A stretch of DNA of 44,036 nucleotides from Gemmatimonadota bacterium (GTDB lineage Bacteria > Gemmatimonadota > Gemmatimonadetes > JACCXV01): contig JBHENL010000106.1 in assembly GCA_046262075.1 (NCBI GenBank), positions 1 through 44,036 of the forward strand, written 5' to 3'. Shown in pieces: positions 38,443 to 44,036 of the stretch. The first letter of the stretch is position 1. Each line of letters begins with the position of its first letter. The position numbers and the translations under genes are program-made. The notes under the pieces are model-generated. The model saw only the letters and a program-made list of their open reading frames with translations, was not told the origin of the DNA and searched no databases.

Positions 38443-39114
38443 TCAAACCAGCGCCGGGGCCGACACCTCGCGCGCCGACTGGAGCCATCCTTCGGCCTGC
38501 AGGTACTCGAGCACCCGCAGCGCGCTCTGCTCCGGGCTGTCGGGATGCGTGGTCAGGACGAGGCTCGCCTCCACCGGCGCCTCGTAGGGATCGCTCACGC
38601 CGGTGAAGTTCTTGATCTCCCCCGCCAGCGCCTTGGCGTAGAGGCCCTTCACGTCCCGCTCGATGCACACCTCCAGCGGACAGTCCACGAACACCTCGAT
38701 GAACCGCTCCGCGCCGACGATCGAGCGGGCCAGATCGCGCTCCTCGCGGTAGGGCGAGATCGCGGCGACCATCACCGGCACCCCATTCCTCACGAGCAGC
38801 TGCGAGACGAAGGCGATGCGGCGGATGTTCAGGTCCCGGTCCTGCTTGGTGAACCCGAGCTCGGGCGAGAGGTTCGCGCGCACCACGTCGCCGTCCAGGA
38901 TCTCGATGGACGTCCCCGACTCGCGGAACTGCCGCGCGAGGATCCGCGTGATCGTGGACTTGCCCGCGCCCGAGAGTCCCGTGAACCACAGCGCGAAACC
39001 ACCCCGCCCCGTCCCGCCGTGGCGTCCGTTCATGCCTGCCGTCCCGGTGGAGGTTGCGGCCGTGCCCGCGCCGTCCCGCGCGGCGGCCTGAATGTCGATT
39101 CGCCCCGCGTTCAC
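38443..39114 (-). CDS. cysC: adenylyl-sulfate (APS) kinase
   Basis: P-loop FTGLSGAGKST, LDGDVVR, and ..FTGVSDPYEAP. The start is either GTG 39114 (GTGA overlap with the sat stop) or the ATG at 39033 (MNGRHGG...). Confidence 0.9.
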   Translation of the reverse strand: MNAGRIDIQAAARDGAGTAATSTGTAGMNGRHGGTGRGGFALWFTGLSGAGKSTITRILARQFRESGTSIEILDGDVVRANLSPELGFTKQDRDLNIRRIAFVSQLLVRNGVPVMVAAISPYREERDLARSIVGAERFIEVFVDCPLEVCIERDVKGLYAKALAGEIKNFTGVSDPYEAPVEASLVLTTHPDSPEQSALRVLEYLQAEGWLQSAREVSAPALV

Positions 39115-40334
39115 GAGGCGGCCCCCGCGGCGCGGTAGTGACGGCCGAGGATCTCGGCGATCTCCACGCGCGTGAACTCCAGCGGCAGCGGCTCGCCCGC
39201 GGCCAGGTTCTCCCGTACCTGCGTGCCGCTCAGCATGACCCGCTGCTGAGACGGGTGTGGGCAGGTCTTCTCGGAGGCCATGTGGCCGCAGCTGCGGCAC
39301 CAGAACGTGTTGTCGAAGAAGAGCGGCGTGATTCCCAGGTCCGCGGCCGGAATGTCGCGCAGCAGCTCCTGCGCGGCGTACGTCCCGTAGTAGCCCCCCA
39401 CGCCCGCGTGGTCGCGGCCAACGATGAAGTGCGTGCAGCCGTAGTTCTTCCGCGCCAGCGCGTGGAACACTGCCTCGCGCGGACCGGCATAGCGCATGGC
39501 CGCCGGATAGACGCCCATCAGCGTCCGCCGCGCGGGATAGTAGTTCTCGAGCAAGGCCTCGTAGCAGCGCATGCGCACCTCGGCGGGCACGTCCTCCGAG
39601 CGCGTCTCCCCCACCAGCGGGTGCAGGAAGAGCCCGTCCACGATCTCGAGCGCGCACTTCTGGATGTACTCGTGCGCGCGATGGATCGGATTGCGGGTCT
39701 GGAACGCCACGACCGTCCGCCAACCGCGCTCCGCGAAGAGCGCGCGGGACTCGAGCGGACGGCTGGGGTAGCCGGGATACGGCGCGGGGATCGCATCGGG
39801 GATGAGCGTGATGGCGCCCGCCAGGTTCAGCGTGCCTCCGGACACCAGGCGCGCGACGCCGGGATGCTTCGTCTCTTCGGTGCCGTAGACCCGCCGCGCC
39901 TCGCGGAGCGGATCGATGCGGTAGCGCTCCTCGATCTCGATCCAGCCCACCGGCTTCCCCTCGGGGCTTTCGAGGACCAGCACGTGGGGCGTGCGCCCCG
40001 CCGCGTGCTCCTCGTCCGTGACGGTGAGCGTCACCGGGATCGGCCACAGCGTGCCGTCCTCCAGCCGCATGTCCTCGACGACCGTCTGCCAATCGCGGGA
40101 GCCTAGGAACCCCGTCAGCGGACTGAACGCGCCGCAGGCGATGAGGACCGCGTCGGAGAGCTGGTGGGCGGTGAGCCGCACGCGGCCGGCGCCGCGCCAG
40201 TTCTCGAGCACCTGTGCCGTCTCCTCAGCTGTGGCCCAGCGCTGGACCAGCGCGCCGCCGTGGGCTGGACGAGGCGTCGTCTTACCGGCGCTCGCCGGCT
40301 CCATGTCGGTGACTTGGGACGATATGGCAGGCAT
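39111..40334 (-). CDS. sat: sulfate adenylyltransferase (ATP sulfurylase, homo-oligomeric Sat type)
   Basis: FQTRNPIHRAHE and HFIVGRDHAGVG motifs, with a PUA-like N-terminal domain. 407 aa. Confidence 0.9.
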   Translation of the reverse strand: MPAISSQVTDMEPASAGKTTPRPAHGGALVQRWATAEETAQVLENWRGAGRVRLTAHQLSDAVLIACGAFSPLTGFLGSRDWQTVVEDMRLEDGTLWPIPVTLTVTDEEHAAGRTPHVLVLESPEGKPVGWIEIEERYRIDPLREARRVYGTEETKHPGVARLVSGGTLNLAGAITLIPDAIPAPYPGYPSRPLESRALFAERGWRTVVAFQTRNPIHRAHEYIQKCALEIVDGLFLHPLVGETRSEDVPAEVRMRCYEALLENYYPARRTLMGVYPAAMRYAGPREAVFHALARKNYGCTHFIVGRDHAGVGGYYGTYAAQELLRDIPAADLGITPLFFDNTFWCRSCGHMASEKTCPHPSQQRVMLSGTQVRENLAAGEPLPLEFTRVEIAEILGRHYRAAGAAS

Positions 40335-40627
40335 AACCCTCGATCTGGGCAGTGGTTGGGTCTCGATGGGCAGGACGGGCGTCAGCGTATACCCGCAGGC
40401 TCGGGCAAGGTGCCACGACGGCGGGAACGCCAGAATCGGCCATGGGATGTAGATCGCCGGTCCGCCGGGCTACCCCATCCGGTCCGAGACTGCTGCGAGC
40501 GGCGCGGCCACGGAATTTAGGCTTGCGTCCGCCAGATTCCAGCGGGCAGCGGTGTGCTCGACGTGGAAACGCTGCCGTGCCGTGGAATCGGCGGTGGCCG
40601 AGGGAGGACTGCGGTGGCGGGGCCCGG

Positions 40628-43321
40628 CTACTTCACGTTGATGATGACCGCGGGCGAGTACCGGGACGCTTTACCGTTGGAGAGCTTTCTCAACCTCGCG
40701 CGGAACTGATACTTGCCGATTCCTATATCCGGCGTGAAGCTCGTACCGAGGACGGTCTGGGCCGTCAACCAGGGGGAGAACACGGTGGCTCCCGGGCGGC
40801 GGATCTGCACGTCGACGACATATCCGGAAGGCAGACTCGACGCCCACACGAGCTGGAAGGTGGTCGTGGTCTTTCCCGAGGTGGGCGTCACGCGGACCGG
40901 CAGCTTCACGCTGCCGTAGACCGACGTGTGCTTGGCGCAGTTGTACAGGTAGGAGCCGGCCACCGTGAACGGGAACGAATACTTCGCGCCTGACGCCTGA
41001 ACTCCCGAATCGAACAGCGCCATGCCGGATTTATCCTTGATTCCGTGCAGACCTGACCCGTCGAAGCTCCACTGTACGATTATCCCGAACGCTGCCCGCA
41101 GAGCGCTCGGTGAGAATTGGGTGTCGAGCACCGACACGATCGAGGTCGGCATGGACGAGACGGTGATGCTGGCGTTCGTGCCCGCGCTGGCCCCGTCGTC
41201 GTCGGTCACCGTCAGGCGCACGGTGTAGGTGCCGCCCGTGGCGTAGCTGTGCGATGGGTTGCGAAGGGCCGAGACGGCGCTGTCGCCGAAGTCCCAGCTC
41301 CAGGCCGCCAGCGTCCCGTCGCTGTCGGAGCTGCCGTCCGTGAAGCTGCACGAGAGCCCCGAGCAGGCGGACGTGAACGCCGCCGTCGGCGGATTGTTCG
41401 CCGCCGAGACGGTGATCGACTGGTTCGTCATGGCGCTCGCGCCGTCGTCGTCCGTCACCGTCAGCCGCACCGTGTACGTCCCGCCCGTGGCGTAGCTGTG
41501 CGAGGGGTTGCGCACGCTAGAGGTGCCACCGTCGCCGAAGTCCCAGCTCCAGGCCGCCAGCGTCCCGTCGCTGTCGGAGCTGCCGTCGGTGAAGCTGCAC
41601 GAGAGCCCCGTGCAGGCCGGGGTGAACGCCGCCGTCGGCGCCGCGTTCGCGGCCTGCACCGTCACGGCCTGGCTCGTCACGGCGTTCGCCCCATCGTCGT
41701 CGGTGACCGTCAGCCGCACCGTGTACGTGCCCCCCACGGCGTATGTGTGCGATGGATTGCGCACGCTCGACGTCGCACCGTCGCCGAAGTCCCAGCTCCA
41801 GCTCGCCAGCGTCCCGTCGCTGTCGCTGCTGCCGTCGGTGAAGCTGCACGAGAGCCCCGTGCAGGCCGAGGTGAACGCCGCCGTCGGTGCGGCGTTTGCG
41901 GCCGAGCTGTCACCCTGCAGGACCGCGAGGCGTTGATCCAGGTCCGTTCGAGTTCCCGCGTAGGCAGGGTCGTTCACGGCGTTCGTCAGCTGCCACGGGT
42001 CCGCCGCCAAATCGTAGAGCTCACGGTCTCCGTTGTCGTACTCCACATAGACGTACCGTTGTGTGCGGATCGCGCTGAACTGTCGCTTCACATCCAGGTT
42101 CCCGCTCGCGTCACCGACCATTTGCTCCAGAAGCGCATCGTCGCGCCAGCTAAGCTGCGGGTTCTGCAGCATCGCGACCATGCTCTGGCCGTCGACGCTC
42201 GCGGGCACCGGGAGCCCCGCCCAAGTGGCGATCGAGGGCGCGAGGTCCACGTTGAGCAGCACCCGGTCCTCGACGCGCGGGAGGACGCCCGGTGCCTTCA
42301 CCACGAACGGCACCCGCGTGCAATCCTCGTAGACGCAGGCCTTCGGCTTCCAGCGGTGCGCGCCGAGTGCTAGGCCATTGTCGGACGTGAAGATCACCAC
42401 GGCGTTGTTCCACCGGCCGGTGCGCTGGAGCGCATCCGCGATCGCCGCCACCCCCCGATCCACGGGCTGCAGGGACCGGAGCATCTTGCGATACAGCACG
42501 TCCAGGGCGCTGATCGAGTCGGCGGGCAGCTGGGGACGCTGCTGGACCCACTGTGGCTTGTCCGATACGTCCGCCTCGTTGAAATTCGGCGGACGCCAGA
42601 TGTCGCTCGGGAACTTGTCTTTGTCCTCCGCGACGAAATCCGCCGGCTCATGGGGTGCGAACGGCGTGTACATCAGGAACAGGGGCGTGCCCGCGGGGGT
42701 GGACTCGATGAACTCGACCGCCTTGTCCGTCAGCACGTCCGTCGAATAGATGCCCGCGCCGCCGTAATACACTTCCACTCCGTCCTCCACGAGCGTGAAC
42801 GGCCGGTAGTCCGGGGTGTGGAACGCCACCCAGCGATCCCATCCCGGAGGGACGTACGGCCATGGGAGGATCCGCTTGTACTCGTTCATGTACTTGCCGA
42901 TGAGAGCCGTGCGGTAGCCGGCGGCGTCGAGCCAGGTCGCGAGGGTCGAGGTGTCGTTGAACTTCGTGGCCCCGCCTCTCGGCGCGTCGTTGCTGAGCAC
43001 GCCGTGGGTGTGGACGAACTGGCCGGTGAGGATCGAGGCGCGGCTCGGGCAGCAGATGGCCGTCGAGACGAGGAAATTCGTGCCACTGACGCCCGTGCGG
43101 GCCAGCAGGGAATCCACCGCCGGCATGACGTCCAGCGTGTAATGCGGCTGATCGTCGGTGAGGATGAGCACGACGTCGTGCCGGGTCTGCGCGTGGGTCG
43201 GGGCGACGGACAGCGCGAGGGCGATCAGCGCCGTCAGGACGGATGGCAACCCGCTCCGGGCGCCGGGCCGAAACTCCAGCGGTGGCCTCGGCGCCGGGCG
43301 CACGCGCCGGCAGCCCCTCAT
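40628..43321 (-). CDS. secreted Cys-type (formylglycine) sulfatase fused to 3 PKD repeats and a cupredoxin-like/Ig-like C-terminal module
   Basis: Frame of ORF 40628..43495 trimmed to the ATG at 43321 (MRGCRRVRPAPR...LIALALSVAPTHAQ signal peptide). Metal site VVLILTDDQ. FGly motif STAICCPSRASILTGQ. Three 83-aa repeats (..SCSFTDGSSDSDGTLA.WSWDFGD...GTYTVRLTVTDDDGA..). The tail contains ..FDSG...AGSYLYNCAKHTSVYGSVKL. Confidence 0.85.
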   Translation of the reverse strand: MRGCRRVRPAPRPPLEFRPGARSGLPSVLTALIALALSVAPTHAQTRHDVVLILTDDQPHYTLDVMPAVDSLLARTGVSGTNFLVSTAICCPSRASILTGQFVHTHGVLSNDAPRGGATKFNDTSTLATWLDAAGYRTALIGKYMNEYKRILPWPYVPPGWDRWVAFHTPDYRPFTLVEDGVEVYYGGAGIYSTDVLTDKAVEFIESTPAGTPLFLMYTPFAPHEPADFVAEDKDKFPSDIWRPPNFNEADVSDKPQWVQQRPQLPADSISALDVLYRKMLRSLQPVDRGVAAIADALQRTGRWNNAVVIFTSDNGLALGAHRWKPKACVYEDCTRVPFVVKAPGVLPRVEDRVLLNVDLAPSIATWAGLPVPASVDGQSMVAMLQNPQLSWRDDALLEQMVGDASGNLDVKRQFSAIRTQRYVYVEYDNGDRELYDLAADPWQLTNAVNDPAYAGTRTDLDQRLAVLQGDSSAANAAPTAAFTSACTGLSCSFTDGSSDSDGTLASWSWDFGDGATSSVRNPSHTYAVGGTYTVRLTVTDDDGANAVTSQAVTVQAANAAPTAAFTPACTGLSCSFTDGSSDSDGTLAAWSWDFGDGGTSSVRNPSHSYATGGTYTVRLTVTDDDGASAMTNQSITVSAANNPPTAAFTSACSGLSCSFTDGSSDSDGTLAAWSWDFGDSAVSALRNPSHSYATGGTYTVRLTVTDDDGASAGTNASITVSSMPTSIVSVLDTQFSPSALRAAFGIIVQWSFDGSGLHGIKDKSGMALFDSGVQASGAKYSFPFTVAGSYLYNCAKHTSVYGSVKLPVRVTPTSGKTTTTFQLVWASSLPSGYVVDVQIRRPGATVFSPWLTAQTVLGTSFTPDIGIGKYQFRARLRKLSNGKASRYSPAVIINVK
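41159..41905. repeat. three tandem 249-bp near-identical repeats (encode the PKD domains)
   Basis: Period of 249 bp, read from the anchor gtcccagctcca at 41291, 41540 and 41789. A 48-nt string (gtcccagctccaggccgccagcgtcccgtcgctgtcggagctgccgtc) is identical at 41291 and 41540. Confidence 0.85.
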
Positions 43322-43716
43322 GGCGGATTCTTGCGGAGGAGGATTCGCAGCGGCTCCACGTGCCGCAGACCCGTGGGGTTCGGAGCTTCCCCCGCCGAAT
43401 CGAGACCGTCTCGGCGAGGGAGGCGTCCAACGCTTGGAGGACGGAAAAGAGAGTGGGATTCCGCCCATCGGCGCACCATCGGCCAGAGGACTCAAACCAA
43501 CTCGGTCGCAGGGCGTATGTCGAGGGCTGTGGAGACCGGGGTTCCAGGCCAGCCTTCGTCCCTAGCTCGGGCGCGGGCGACGTACAACCGTTCCAACGTG
43601 AGGCTGCGGTCCTCTGGCCTGTCCCTATCCCAGCCGGAGCGACCAGCGGCTGGAGGTGTACTGGCGAGCAGCCGGCGACCTACCGGGCACCTGAGGCCCC
43701 GCTCCGACAGGATGAC

Positions 43717-44036
43717 ATGACGGACCCGCGAGCGAGGGGCTATCTGCACGAGGCGTACGTCGAGGCCCTGCGTGAGTTCGGGACTCCGCGGCGACTCCCC
43801 GCCAGCGGAGGCTGGATCCTCGAGCGCGAGATTCCGGGTACCCGGCACCGCGACGCCATCGGCTGCTATCCCCTGTTTACGTGCCTGAATTGGCAGCGAT
43901 TGCGCGAGGATCTCGAGCAACTCCAAGGCGAGCTCGTTTCGCTCACCATTGTGGCCGACCCGCTCGCCGCTCCCGACAGGAGCGAGCTTGTGCGCGCCTT
44001 TCCCGACCTCGCGCGGCCCTTCAAGGAGCACTACAT
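43717..44036 (+). CDS. hypothetical protein, N-terminal part only (runs off the right edge)
   Basis: Not in the ORF track because there is no stop in the window. ATG at 43717. MTDPRARGYLHEAYVEALREFGTPRRLPASGGWILEREIPGTRHRDAIGCYPLFTCLNWQRLREDLEQLQGELVSLTIVADPL... has G/C-dominated third positions and a protein-like composition, unlike the overlapping minus-strand ORF 43492..44031. Confidence 0.5.
   Translation, partial: MTDPRARGYLHEAYVEALREFGTPRRLPASGGWILEREIPGTRHRDAIGCYPLFTCLNWQRLREDLEQLQGELVSLTIVADPLAAPDRSELVRAFPDLARPFKEHY

Noticed and set aside
38443-40334. sat-cysC as ordinary assimilatory sulfate-reduction genes
   Set aside because: They are embedded in an operon with three sulfotransferases, and no cysH/cysDN/cysIJ genes are nearby. 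I cannot exclude a dual role without the whole genome.
40352-40993. 213-aa plus-strand ORF spanning the sat-sulfatase spacer and the sulfatase 3' end
   Set aside because: It overlaps the well-supported sulfatase C-terminus on the opposite strand and has an Arg/Gly-rich composition with no motif.
41159-41905. Tandem repeats as a CRISPR array or non-coding satellite
   Set aside because: The repeats are 249 bp, contiguous without spacers, and in frame within the sulfatase ORF, where they encode PKD domains.
43492-44031. 179-aa minus-strand ORF at the right edge
   Set aside because: It would have to start outside any sensible context and abut the sulfatase upstream region. Its composition is poor, and the opposite-strand frame from the ATG at 43717 looks more protein-like. 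It is treated as a shadow ORF.
28148-44036. tRNA-Thr-flanked genomic island interpretation of the sulfation block
   Set aside because: No integrase, transposase or direct repeat of the tRNA 3' end was seen. The tRNA 3' end points toward the core genes (glmM side), not toward the block. Overall GC looks the same as in the core. The block may still be accessory, but I cannot support tRNA-targeted integration.

Overview
Very GC-rich (by eye, not computed) bacterial chromosome segment from a diderm organism. The gene content and the TolB/Omp85 fusion suggest a Gemmatimonadota-like lineage, but that is inference only. Positions 1-28.2 kb are housekeeping genes, almost all on the minus strand: cdd, alr, mazG, lspA, asnS, a large HExxH/TolB-propeller/Omp85 outer-membrane protein with a ybgC-like thioesterase, asparaginase-II, EamA and MFS transporters, rseP-dxr-cdsA-uppS-frr-pyrH-tsf-rpsB, rpsI-rplM, maf, an orphan sulfotransferase, dtd, glmS, a glmM-like mutase and tRNA-Thr(CGU). 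Positions 28.2-44 kb are an accessory-looking block, and this is the main result. It holds a dedicated PAPS factory (sat-cysC) followed by three sulfotransferases, a convergent GT2, and then a small wHTH protein, two more sulfotransferases, a GT4 and a Wzx-type flippase. Next to these lies a secreted Cys-type sulfatase fused to three PKD repeats and a cupredoxin-like tail. I read this as a candidate locus for a multiply sulfated glycan (EPS or glycolipid) with its own desulfation enzyme. The 420-bp non-coding stretch next to the tRNA contains a promoter-like element, a textbook intrinsic terminator and mutually exclusive long-range pairings. Many gene starts were set using pervasive 4-nt ATGA/GTGA stop-start overlaps that I read directly from the sequence. 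The longest ORFs in the track are often over-extended at the N-terminus, and many long antisense ORFs are GC artefacts. Two open-ended ORFs at the window edges (1..209 minus, 43717..44036 plus) are missing from the ORF track. No CRISPR array, transposase, integrase or rRNA was seen.
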